Positions 46,680-58,011 of a stretch of 64,000 nucleotides of DNA are shown in pieces; position 1 is the first letter of the stretch; each line of letters begins with the position of its first letter. The DNA is from Centroscyllium fabricii. Taxonomy: Eukaryota. The stretch lies in assembly GCA_051313645.2 (NCBI GenBank), contig JBNRSN020000009.1, forward strand, positions 83,452,001 through 83,516,000, given 5' to 3'. The translations under genes and the position numbers were made by a program. The notes beneath the pieces were generated by a model. It did no database searches. It was not told the origin of the DNA and saw only the letters and a list, made by a program, of their open reading frames with translations.

Positions 46680-47924
46680 TGTAGCGCCGGCAGGCCTAGG
46701 AACCACACGTGAGCCAGAGCTAGAGAAAACACAGCTTTATTACACTAAGTCAAAACAAGGAAGAGAGTGAACCACTCGCAGCAATCGTATTTAAACAGTC
46801 CCGCGGTTGGTGACGTCATCACGTCGGCCGACATGGTGACGTCGTCGCGTTACCCGGATGAGCGGTGCTTTGCTCCGCGGAGTCCCCGTGGCGGATTCGA
46901 TGTCTTAGTGGGCGTGTCGCCACACAGCTCCCCCCAGAATCCGTCCGGGAGGAATAGTGACAGAGTCTATGTTGTGCCGTTGGGGCGGCAGGATGATGCG
47001 GCCGGACCGTGTTGTTCGTTGCTCCTGGTTCTGCGGTGGAGTGTGGGCGGGCTTTGTTGCGGGAGGGCGACCGCGTTGTGGTGGTTGTGCGGGGACCGTA
47101 GTCTCACCCGTTATCACGTGTGCCGGCTTGAGCCGGTCTATTGTCACAGTGTCAGTCCTGTTGCCCATTTGTAACTCGAAAGCTTTAGCTCCCGCCCGAA
47201 GCACTCTGTAGGGGCCATCGTAAGGTGGCTGTAGTGGAGATCGGTGTCCGTCGCGCCGGACGAACACGAATTTCGCATTTTTAATGTTGTCAGGTACCCG
47301 AGCTGCCGGCTCTCCATGCCGGGCCACTGGTAGTGGCTGGAAAGCTCGTGCCGGGTTGGCGAAGTCTTTTAAATACTGGTCGGCTGACCAGGGAGCGTTG
47401 GGCTCAGCCAGGAACTCGCCCGGCATCGTTAAAGTTTGGCTGTAGACGAGCTCCGCTGCCGAGGCGTTAAGGTCTTCTTTGACTGCCGAGCGCAGCCCGA
47501 GTAGGACCCATGGAAGGCGGTCGGTCCACGATGTGTCTTTTAGTGTGGCCCGTAGTGATGCCTTCATCGAGCGGTGGAACCGTTCGCATAGGCCGTTCGC
47601 CTGTGGGTGGTATGCGGTGGTTCGGTGTAGTGTCACCCCGAGGTCGCGGGCGATGGCCGCCCATAATGCCGACGTAAACTGGGGTCCTCTGTCGGAGGTG
47701 ATGTCTGTGGGCACGCCGAAGCGGGCGACCCAGGTGGCGATGAACGCCCTGGCCAAGTCCGTGGTTCCGGTGGCGGTGAGGGGGACTGCTTCTGGCCAGC
47801 GAGTGTTGCGGTCGACCATGGTCATTAGGTGCGTGTGGCCCCGGGATGGCGGTAGTGGCCCGACGAGATCGATGTGGACATGGTCAAAATGTCTGGCCGG
47901 TACTTTAAAAATTTCCAGCGGTGC
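46680..47924 (-). mobile_element. Element F: 5'-deleted CsRn1-like Gypsy (3' LTR 46680-46924 plus integrase) inserted in E
   Basis: LTR and integrase are closely similar to 16815-18060. Confidence 0.9.
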
Positions 47925-48875
47925 AGAGGCCTTCCAGTGGCCCATTGGCAGGCAGTCCTCCCAGACGCGCTGCACTCTATACGCTCGCTCCTGTGTACAG
48001 CTACTAACACCACCCCCCATGATCTGATTTTTGCTTTCCCCAGGAAGTCGACTTCGGGGACAGCTCTTCCTCCATGGCTCACGACAGCAGGGCCGGTCTT
48101 CCTTAGGAGACATGTCCGGAGCCACAAGACCGACCCCCTGGTGGACAAGGTGCAGCTCCTGCATGCGAACCCGCATTATGCATTTGTGCAGTTCCCGGAT
48201 GGGCGTGAGGACACTGTATCCATCAGGGACCTGGCTCCCGCAGGAAGCACCACCGCAGAGCCCCTGGTCGGCCAGCAGATCGCTCAGCCACAGTATCTAG
48301 AACACCCACCAAGTATACGATGGGCCCCGAGTTTCCCAGAGCCCCAGCAGGTGCCAGTACAGGACTACCACTCAGATGGCTCGGACCAGCTGGATCCATC
48401 GCCACCAGAAACCACGGCACCAGAGCCACTGCCACCACCGGCGGACTCGAGGGGCACGGACCAGGAAGGGCCACCACCGGAACGCCGGCGGTCCTCCAGG
48501 CAGACACGTCCACCGGACAGACTTATAGTAAACTGCTCGGTCCATTCACCCCCAGGACTTAAAATTTTCAAGAAGGGGTGAATGTGGTAACCATATTGTA
48601 TGTAATACCACTGCATTATTGTAATCAATAATGGGCTGCGTATATGTAATACACAGCCCTGTAATACCAGTGTAATACTGTAGGGAGCCAGGTCAGCCAC
48701 ACCCCTAACTCCTCCCCCAGGTGAGGCCTTATAGGTGGAGACTGGCCCAGGTTCCTCATTCCTGTTCAGATGTTCGTTCGGAGAGTAACTCCAATCTTAG
48801 TGATTAAAAGCCTATCGTTACGGTAACTACTCGTCGTGTCTTTTAATCTCGAGGTATTGACGATACGTCAACAGT

Positions 48876-51800
48876 GTTGCAGCGCGACCCAGCAGCGGTC
48901 AGCCGGGGGTAAGTCGCGGGCGCCTCAGCCCCCCTAACTGTACGGTGGAGGCCGGCTGCGCGCGCGGCACGGGCGCCGCCAATCCAAAAGCGACAGTGGC
49001 CAGCCATATGCGACCCCCCAGCGCCGCCATCTTATCAACAGCGGCCGGCCATGTGCGACCCACCGGCGCCGCCATCTTGTCCACCGCGGTCTGCCGCGTG
49101 CGAACCACGGGTGCCGCCATCTTATTCTCAGCGGCCGGCCATGTGCGACCCCCCGGCGCCGCCATCTTGTCCACTGCGGTCGGCCGCGTGTGAACCACGG
49201 GCGCCGCCATCTTGTCCACCGTGGTCCGCCGCATGCGAACCAGGGGCGCCGCCATCTTTTCCACAGCAGCCAGACTCGAGCGCATTGCCAGCGCCGCCAT
49301 CTTATGAGCGGCCATCTTGCCAACTGCCCCGGCTGGGGCCCCAGTTAGCGGAGAGCCCCCACTCACACACATACACCTCTGCCTCAGCCACGGTCGACCA
49401 GGCTAGGCTGCACACCCTGTCCAATTCCATGATGGCGATTAAAGTGGACAGGCACGTCACTAACTGCCTGTTCGACACCGATAGCACACAGAGCTTTATA
49501 CACCCCGACACAGTGCGGCGCTACGCACTGCGGACCCAGCCCACGCACGACCAAATCTCCCTTGCCTCAAAGTCCCACATGGCGGACGTCACCGGCTACT
49601 GCAGCGTCACGCTCACGATCAGGGACTGCGTTTATCGCAACTTTAATTTGTACATCCTCCAGCAGTTGTGCGCCCCAGTCTTACTGGGACTGGATTTCCA
49701 GTGCCACCTGAAGAGCGTGACAATGGATTTCGGTGGAACCCTGCCCCCCTCACCGTCAGTAGCCGGGACAATCTCTACTTAAAGTGGAGCTCAACTTGCG
49801 GGCTATCCACCATGAAAGTCGACCCCCCCTCACTGTTCGCCAACCTCGACCCCAGATGCAAGCCCATCGCTACTAAGAGTTGGCGTTACAGCGCAGGGGA
49901 CCGGGCGTTTATCAGGTCGGAAGTCGGGCGTATGCTGCAAGAAGGGATCATTGAGGCCAGCACCAGCCCTTGGCGGGCCCAGGTCGTAGTGGTTAAGACG
50001 GGCGAGAAACTGCGCATGGTCATTGACTATAGCCAGACGATTAACCGCTACACCGGGCTCGACGCCTACCCCCTCCCCCGCATCTCGGATATGGTGAACC
50101 AGATCGCCCAGTACAAGGTCTTTTCAACAATCGACCTTAAGTCGGCGTATCACCAACTCCCCATTCGGAAATCCGACCGCCAGTACACCGCCTTTGAGGC
50201 GAACGGCCAGCTCTATCACTTCCTCCGGGTCCACTTCGGCGTGACCAACAGAGTGTCGGTGTTCCAGAGGGAGATGGACCATATAGTTGACCAGAATGGG
50301 TTGCAGGCCACCTTCCCCTATCTGGACAATTTGACCATCTGCGGCCACGACCAGCAGGACCACGATGCCAACCTCGCCAAATTCCTGCACACGGCGAAAC
50401 GGCTGGATCTCACGTACAATAAAGACAAGTGTGTTTTTAGTACAGATCGGCTCACTATCCTCCGGTACGTGGTGGAAAACGGGGTCCTCGGCTCCGACAC
50501 ACAGCGAATGCGCCCCTTACAAGAGCTGCCCTTACCTCACAACCCCAAAGCCCTGAGGAGATGTCATGGGTTCTTTTCTTATTACGCACAATGGGTCCCC
50601 CAGTACGCAGATAAGGCCAGACCTCTCCTCAAGGCTGACGTCTTCCCCCTCTCGGAAGAAGCCCAAACGGCATTCGCCCGGATTAAGGAAGACATCATCA
50701 AGGCGACGATGCACGCCGTTGATGAGTCCATCCCTTTCCAGGTGGAGAGTGATGCTTCGGACTTCGCCCTTGCCGCCACCCTGAACCAGGCAGGCAGGCC
50801 CGTAGTGTTTTTCTCCCGGACCCTACAGGGACCCGAAACTCGCCACTCAGCAGTGGAAAAGGAGGCCCAGGCCATCGTGGAGGCAGTGCGCTACTGGCGT
50901 CATTACCTGGCCGGTAAGCGTTTTACCCTGCTCACCGACCAACGGTCGGTAGCGTTTATGTTTAATAATAAACAACGGGGTAAAATCAAGAATGATAAGA
51001 TCCTGCGGTGGCGGATCGAGCTCTCGACTTACGAGTACGACATTCTTTACCGTCCAGGCAAGCTCAACGAACCCCCGGACGCACTGTCCAGGGGAACGTG
51101 CGCCAGCGCCCAGCTGGACCGGCTGAAGGCCCTCCACGATCGCCTCTGCCACCCGGGTGTCACCAGACTTGCCCACTTCGTCAAATCCCGTAGCCTCCCC
51201 TACTCCATCACGGAGGTAAAGGCTATGACCAAAGAGTGCCTTGTCTGTGCCGAGTGCAAACCCCAATTTTACAGGCCAGACACGGCGCATATCATCAAGG
51301 CCACCCGCCCCTTTGAACGTCTGAGCGTGGACTTCAAAAGCCCCCTCCCCTCCACTGACCGCAACTCGTATTTCCTCACGGTCATAGACGAGTTCTCACG
51401 CTTCCCCTTCGCCTTCCCCTGCCCAGACATGACGAGCGCAACGGTGATAAAGCACTTCACCACGCTGTTCGCCATTTTCGGTCTCCCCAGCTACATCCAT
51501 AGCGACCGGGGGTCGTCGTTCATGAGCGACAAACTGCGTCAGTTTCTGCTTCAGAAAGGGGTTGCCTCAAGCAGAACGACCAGTTACAACCCCCGGGGGA
51601 ACGGCCAGGTAGAAAGGGAGAACGGGACTATCTGGAAGGCGGTCAACCTGGGCCTGAAGTCCAGAGGCCTTCCAGTTTCCTGTTGGCAGGAGGTCCTCCC
51701 AGACGCGCTCCATGCCATTCGCTCTCTGTTGTGTACCGCTCCCAATTCATTCCCCAGGAAGTCGACTTCGGGGACAGCACTCCCGCTGTGGCTCACAGCG

Positions 51801-52200
51801 CAGGGGCCGGTGTTGCTTGGAAAACACGTCCGCGGCCACAAGACCGACCCCTGGTGGAACGGGTGCATCTGCTCCATGCTAACCCGCAGTATGCCTATGT
51901 GACATTCCCGGACGGGCGCGAGGACACGGTCTCGTTCAGGGACCTGGCGCCCGCCGGGAGCACTAGTGCAGAACCCCCGGTCGAGCCTCAGCCCGACCAG
52001 CCACCACCCACCGAATACTGGCCCCCGTACATACACACCGGGGCCCTCAACTGCACCGATCAACAACCCAGGATCGGACACCGCACCGCCAGCACCGTGG
52101 GCGGAGAGCCCGATCCCAGTCCTGCAACCAGCACCACCACCGTTACCGGCACCCCGGCGGTCCTCAAGGCAGACGTGACCGCAGGAGATACTGATAGTGC
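48876..52200 (+). pseudogene. Element A gag 3' part and pol (frameshifted)
   Basis: CLFDTDS protease; 744-aa RT-RNase H-IN ORF at 49668-51902 with FPYLDNL. Confidence 0.88.
48975..49320 (+). repeat. 45-bp tandem repeat in the gag-PR linker of A
   Basis: GCCGCCATCTT at 49023, 49068, 49113, 49158, 49203, 49248 and 49293. Confidence 0.9.
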
Positions 52201-53179
52201 ATTGGTGATTGCGTCTCACGGACACTTAAATTTTTTGTTTTGTTATTGCTCTCTCTTCCACCCCGCTGGACTTGTTTTTAAAGAAGGGGTGAATGTGGTA
52301 ACTGTAATTACCAGTGTGTATATAGTAATGTGTTCATCGGCCGCTCTGTACATTGTGTGTATATATATGGATATATTCACCTCCAACTCTGTACATTATG
52401 TGTAAGGCCAGGTCGGCCACACCTCTAACTCCTCCCCTCAGTTGGGAGCTTATAGGTGAGGGCCGCCCTGCCCCCGCTCATTCTCGCCTTGAACTCGACA
52501 GGAGACTAGCTCCATTATAAGTGAATAGAAGCCTGTAGTTTGGGTAACTACTCATCTTTCTTGTCTTGATTGATGATACGTCAAAACACTAAGTAAATAC
52601 CACTGATTCAATAAAACCATCGATATAACTTCTAACTAAAGCCACAACCAAACCTAATTCAATTCACTGACTCCCACACCCCGCCACTGAAGTTCAGCTT
52701 AAGGTAGGTGAGGTTCAGTCCTCAGATAGTAGCACCAAAGCTGCCCGACTCTATTAATAAAACATATTACACAACAGCGCAGACCGACATGAATTCTCGC
52801 TCCCTCCCTCCCGCCAGATTGTTTCTCTCTCGCTCCCACTCCCCAGTTTGTGTTTCTCTCTCCCTCCTTCCCTCCCGCAGTTTGTGTTTCTCCCTCTCCC
52901 TCACTCCCCCAGTTTGCGTTTCTCTCTCCCTCCCTCCCCCATTTTGTGTTCCTCTCTCCCTCCTTTTCCATTTTGAGTTTATCTCATCCTCCTTTCCCAT
53001 TTTGTGTTTCTCTCTCCCTCCCTCCCTCGGTTTGTGTTTCTCTCTCCATCCGCCAGTTTGTGTTTCTTTCTCCCTCCCTCCCTCGGTTTGTGTTTCTCTC
53101 CCCCTCCTTGCCCAGTTTGTGTTTCTCTCTCCCTCCCCCGGTTTATTTTTCTCTCTCCCCCCTCCGCCAGTTTGTTTCT

Positions 53180-54589
53180 GCACCCTCCGACTGGGACTCT
53201 GCAATGCTGTCCGTCTCCACAATCTGCTGAGGCTCACTTGTGTTGTCTGAATCACCTGGTGACAAGTCAGATGTAGCTCTAGGGGGGCCACCGAGGTGCT
53301 AGTATCTGCGCTGGTGCCGGGTGGAGTCTGTGGTGCTGACGGTGCACCCTCAGAGGTGGCAGGTTCCTCTGAGGACTGAACAGGGGCGGCCTGGTCCTCA
53401 GCTCTGCTTGGCCGTCCAGCTGCGGATTGGCCTGTGGGGCAGTAAAGGCAGAGGTTAGAGATATGTCAGCAAGGTTACATACAGATAGCATTCAGGAGCT
53501 GAGCAGAGCTGCCTCTGCAGTGTTTTTACATTCATTGTGCCAGTCTCATGTGTTAGTTGTTAGAGAAATATTTAAACCATGCGGTCACCAGCTTGAGATT
53601 GCATGCCTGCCTCGCCGTCACCCACTCCCGGGGCTTGCCCCTCCCCAACGAGGTCTAGAATAGCCTCCTCCCAGGTGGTGAGCTGCTGGATGGTGGGGGG
53701 TCCGCCTCCGGTCCCGGCGCTGTGCCGCTTGTTGGCGGCTGTCTTTTCCTGCAATGATGGAGAGAAGTGGAGGTTGAGTGAGAAGGAAGGAGTTGGTGCA
53801 GCGAGTGAACAGCAAAGTTTGTTGGAGGGTGACAAAGATGCAGTGAGCCTGCAAGACCAAAGGCTCTCCCTGTGTGGTGCCAGATGTGCAGCAAGCATGA
53901 GAGTGAGTGTGAGGGCTGATTGGAGGGAAAGGACCGTGAGTGTGAGCATAGATAGAGAGGGAATGGGTAAGGTTGCTTGGATGTGATGTGCAAGTGGGAT
54001 GTGGAGGAAGGGAATGGTGAAGATAAGTTGTGGTGAGGAGAGGTGAGGGGGATGAGATTGAGGGTGAGGGGAAATGAATACTTACTTTCGCAGTGCGATG
54101 AAGGTCATGCAATCTCTTGTGACACTGGAGCCAGGACTGAGGTGTTGTGCCCAAGGAGCTGACCCCCTCAGCCACCTGCTGCCATGCAGCCTTGGTCTGT
54201 GAGGGAGGTCTCTTCCTCCCTGAGGGGAAGAGAACCTCCCTGTGGGCATTGCCTCCTCGAGTAATGCGTCGAGGGAGGCGTCATCAAATTTGGGGGTGGG
54301 TTGTCCCCTCGCACTGCCCGATGCAGCACCCTCACGCTCTGCCATCCTACTGAAGGTTGTAGAATGCTGAGCAGTGCGGGAGGCGAGCTGTGTTTATTAA
54401 AAGAAACCTGAATCCTGACGTCATATTGTGAGACTTTCTGACTGGAAATCGGTAATTGAGAAGGCTTCCCACAGGCGGGGAATTAATTGGGTACTTAGAC
54501 TAAAATCTCGTGGGCAACGCAGGCACTTTATCGGGCGGGACAAAAACCCGCCCCGACCAATCCCCGCCATTCTGGGAAAATTCCGGCGC
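53180..54589 (-). mobile_element. PIF/Harbinger transposon fragment with an intron-containing Myb/SANT-like DNA-binding gene remnant
   Basis: PKFDDASLDALLE...W..MAEGVS...SWLQCHKRLHDL, then EKTAANKRHSAGTGGGPP...LTTWEEAILDLVG. Donor AAA|GTAAGT at 54086, acceptor TTGCAG|GAA at 53748. One TIR-like end near 54589. Confidence 0.7.
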
Positions 54590-54643
54590 CAGTTTGTGTT
54601 TCTCTCTCCCTCCCTCCCCCGGTTTCTGTTTCTCTCTCCCTCC

Positions 54644-54854
54644 TGTTAAGTCCATGCTATAGATCTATTATAACAACGGACTAGACTTCAAGGTATGAAA
54701 CCAAGAGATGTTTATTCAACCATTAGAGTTTGGAATTGAGCATATCGCTCCACGTACAAACTTATATACAGTTGTGGTAGACCGCGGTACTGCAATATTA
54801 TGGCACTACACAAAGTAGTGCCCAGTACAATTTCTTAAAGGTACATACACCACA
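54644..54854 (-). mobile_element. Solo LTR (211 bp)
   Basis: TGT...ACA termini, 5-bp TSD CCTCC, minus-strand TATA and AATAAA. Confidence 0.75.
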
Positions 54855-55114
54855 CCTCCCTCCCCCAGTTTGTTTCTCTCTCCCTCCTCCCTCCATTTGT
54901 GTTTCTCTCCCTCAGTTTGTGTTTCTCTCTCCGTCCCTCCATCCCCCGGTTTGTGTTTCTCTCTCCCTTCCTCCCTCAGTTTGTGTTTCTCTCCCTCAGT
55001 TCGTGTTTTGCTCTCCCTCCCTCCCCCGGTTTGTGTTTCTCGTTCCCTCCCTCCCTCCCCCAGTTTGTATTTCTCTCTCCCTCCCTCCCAAAGTGGGAGG
55101 ACTGGGAACCTTAA

Positions 55115-55290
55115 TTGTCACAGGTGCATTCAGGGGAAACTCGATAAGTACATGTGGGAGAAAGATATAGGATATATTGATAGAGTTAGATGAAGTAAGG
55201 TGGGAGGAGGCGCGTGTGGAGCATAAACATCGGCACCGACCTGTTGGGCCGAATGGCCTGTTTCTGTGCCATTAAATTCTATGTATTGAT
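55115..55290 (+). mobile_element. CR1 LINE 3' end fragment
   Basis: GKLDKYM-like ORF2 end; GGGCCGAATGGCCTGTTTCTGTGC...ATTCTATG tail. Confidence 0.7.
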
Positions 55291-56131
55291 TCTACAGCTC
55301 AGTGACCTCATTTCACTGCATGCAGCTGTCTATATAATTAGTTTAATTATAGGAGATACGGATACATCAGTTAAATGAACAACGAGCTGCAGTTAATCAC
55401 AGAATGTGTTCTGTAGCAATACACTAAATGGGATTGTAGTTGCATTATTAGGTGAACCATGGGCTGATCCCAGTGAAATAACTTCAGGCATATTTGCATA
55501 TTCATCTGTGAGTATATAGCTCCTATAGAATCTTAAGCTTTAGGAATATTAAACACTAGGGACAGATGTAATTCTAATTGTGCAATTGCTCGTTAGTATT
55601 AAAATCACAGTTTGTGGTAATAACATAAGCTCGCAGGTTACAAAACAGCAATATACTTTAATTTCCCATTGCCCCTTTGTAATGGGATGGAATTTCCACA
55701 GAGGCAAACCAAATCCACTTGAATGTGTGGTATCAAGCCATTTATATTTATATTATCTTGTGGCAGTACAGGACCAGCGGTACAGGGGAGGCACTTCATT
55801 ATCATTCAAAGTGCTCACAAATGGAATTGCTACAAAAAAGAAAACAAGTTCCTGCAAAGAAGCCTTCTGAATGACAGCAATACCATTTGTAGATTGGCTT
55901 CTTATTTTTCACAATGATTCTCAGCCAGGGGATGGTCATTTGTAACTGCAGGTGCTGTGTGTGGCCACTCCTCCAAACATTGCAGCAAATTAATGATGGC
56001 CGGATGAAAACATGTGGGAAGTATATTTAAACAAATGGCGTCAACGTGCGGTGCATCTCGTTACTGTCAATGCACACTGCAAAAATAAAATCTAGTACTC
56101 TTGCTTTCAAAACTAAAGGTTAATGAATATT

Positions 56132-56899
56132 GGGCGCAAAATTTGTGAGCGCATGTTTTCTGGCGCTAAAATGGGCGCCGGCACTAAATTAGCACCGAGG
56201 CACCCGATATTGGCGTTAGCGCCGGCCTTGCAGATTTCAACGCTAATTCAGGTCTTGCACAGCTTCCAGGATGCCAATTTTTTGCTGCTCATTGCTGTTC
56301 CTGGGCGCAGCGCTCCCTCACCAACTGCTTGCTTCCCCATGACCTCTGCAGCCGAATAGGTCTTAAAGGGGAGGCAGAGCAGCATCTTTTCCTCCCCGCT
56401 CTCTCATCAATTGGCCGATCGGGGGCCGCACAACCCCCCTCCCCGCTCTCTCATCAGTTGCCGAGAGGGGGGGTCGGGCAACCCCCGATCCAGCAACTGA
56501 TCAGAGAGCGGGTGGGGGGTGGGGGGTCGGGCAGCCCCCTCCCCGCTCTCTCATCAATTGGCTGCTCGGGCCGACTCCTCCCTATCAGCTGGCCGCTTGG
56601 ACCGAAGAGGGAGCCCTTTTAGCAGCGCTGCAGTGGCCACTCAAACCCACCGCAGCGCTTGCCGAAACTGGCGCTGGCAGCGCGGGGCGGGGTGAACTGG
56701 CGCAAAAGCAAATTTCGGGCGCAGCCTGGCGGGCAGGCATTGCACACGCATTTCCACGAGGATTGCTGATCGCTAATTAGCGCTCGCTAATGTTTAGCAC
56801 CGGCGCTGATCACTATGCCAATTTAGTGCCCAGTGCTAATTCGGCGCAGGCCCATTTTCGGCACTAATGGGCCGGCGCTAAGGTGTCAATTTTGCGCCC
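56132..56899. mobile_element. Harbinger-type MITE
   Basis: TIR GGGCGCAAAATT / AATTTTGCGCCC, 3-bp TSD ATT, repeated subterminal GCGCTAA motifs. Confidence 0.75.
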
Positions 56900-58005
56900 A
56901 TTGTCTTTTAGCTACCATGTTTTTGTATTCTGATGTGGCATTTTGGAAGATAGCCTCAGACTGTGGTTTACATTTGTCAATAAATTATGCAGTTCATGGA
57001 ATTTATACGAGATTGTACAGTATGAATTCTGGGTGTTATTTTTCACACATTGAAAACAGCACTGATGAAATGCCGTTTAAATTTCAGACTTGTCCATATA
57101 TACAATATATATATATTACCTCTGTCAACATTGTTCCTGTAGTGTAGATTTTTCAGTTAACGAACAGTCTTTCAACAGGGAAAAACTTGAAATATTATTT
57201 ATAATATTAATAATAGATCTTATGCTGGCACATTCCATTTTGGAACTATTGGTGCATTTATTCACAATCGAAGAAAATAATTCCAAACTCCTTAACTGGT
57301 TTATTTGTTCTCAACTTTTTTTTATTATACTCTGAGATCGTGGATTTGTGTTCAATTAATAATCATGTGGCTCTGGTAAATTCTTTAACAATGCTCCAAT
57401 GTTATTAGTTGAAATTTCCAAAATTGTGAAAGAGAATTCAAACCATGGAGACAACAGTAGAGATCTCTTACTCTGTGGGAAAACAGCCTATTTTAGACCA
57501 GGGCAACATGCATGGATTGTATCAAATGAGGTCTATAATTACAATTACTGTCACTGTAAGCATTCACATTTATATCTATAGGAGTTGCCATCAAATCTGT
57601 ATCATGCAGGATGACTGTGCAAATGGTTTCTTTCTTCTGTGAAACCAACATTAAAAATCCATTATTGGTAACCTGCAGCACATTTTCCACATTCCTAATG
57701 GAAGTTAACATATTTTGAGACTGAAACAGAGACAAAGTTTGGTCAGGCCCACCTTTAAGGATCTATTTAATGCCAATCATCTATTGCAACTTTACCCCTT
57801 CAATCATATATCTCTAGACTATTTGTTTCGAGGTGTACATCATGAAACAATGTAGACTGAGGAAACAGTGGAACATAAAACATCAATAAATCATTTTTTG
57901 AGCATTTTACAAAAATATAACCTGGAAGACAGTCAAATAGTGGAAAACAGGACAGACCCTTTATGACACTCACTAACACTAAACTGATGAATTTGTATGG
58001 AAAAT

Positions 58006-58011
58006 TTTATT
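58006..58011 (-). terminator. MAGI1: Probable MAGI1 polyadenylation signal (3'UTR about 57985-59524)
   Basis: Minus-strand AATAAA followed by GU-rich GTTTAGTGTTAGTGAGTGT, at the end of a repeat-free AT-rich stretch. Confidence 0.55.

Larger units (their letters stand above)
41304..48870 (+). mobile_element. Element D: Mag-like Gypsy inserted in the gag of A (LTRs 41304-41590, 48583-48870)
   Basis: TSD ACAGT (41299-41303, 48871-48875); LTRs differ at about 6 positions by eye. Confidence 0.92.
33756..52583 (+). mobile_element. Element A: outermost Mag-like Gypsy (5' LTR 33756-33764 plus 40192-40477; 3' LTR 52294-52583)
   Basis: TSD AAACA (33751-33755, 52584-52588). The split 5' LTR reassembles to match the 3' LTR. 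PPT AAAGAAGGGGTGAA. Confidence 0.92.
52795..55090. repeat. Pyrimidine-rich minisatellite (unit about 25 bp, CCAGTTTGTGTTTCTCTCTCCCTCC), interrupted by two insertions
   Basis: Arrays at about 52795-53180, 54590-54643 and 54855-55090. Confidence 0.9.

Noticed and set aside
46905-48581. 423-aa and 235-aa ORFs as novel chimeric genes
   Set aside because: They are chance open frames across the deletion junction between F and D.
48975-49320. CRISPR-like repeat-spacer array
   Set aside because: Spacers are similar to each other, the units are in-frame coding repeats, and the DNA is eukaryotic.
52699-53291. ORFs of 90-180 aa
   Set aside because: Translations of the minisatellite.
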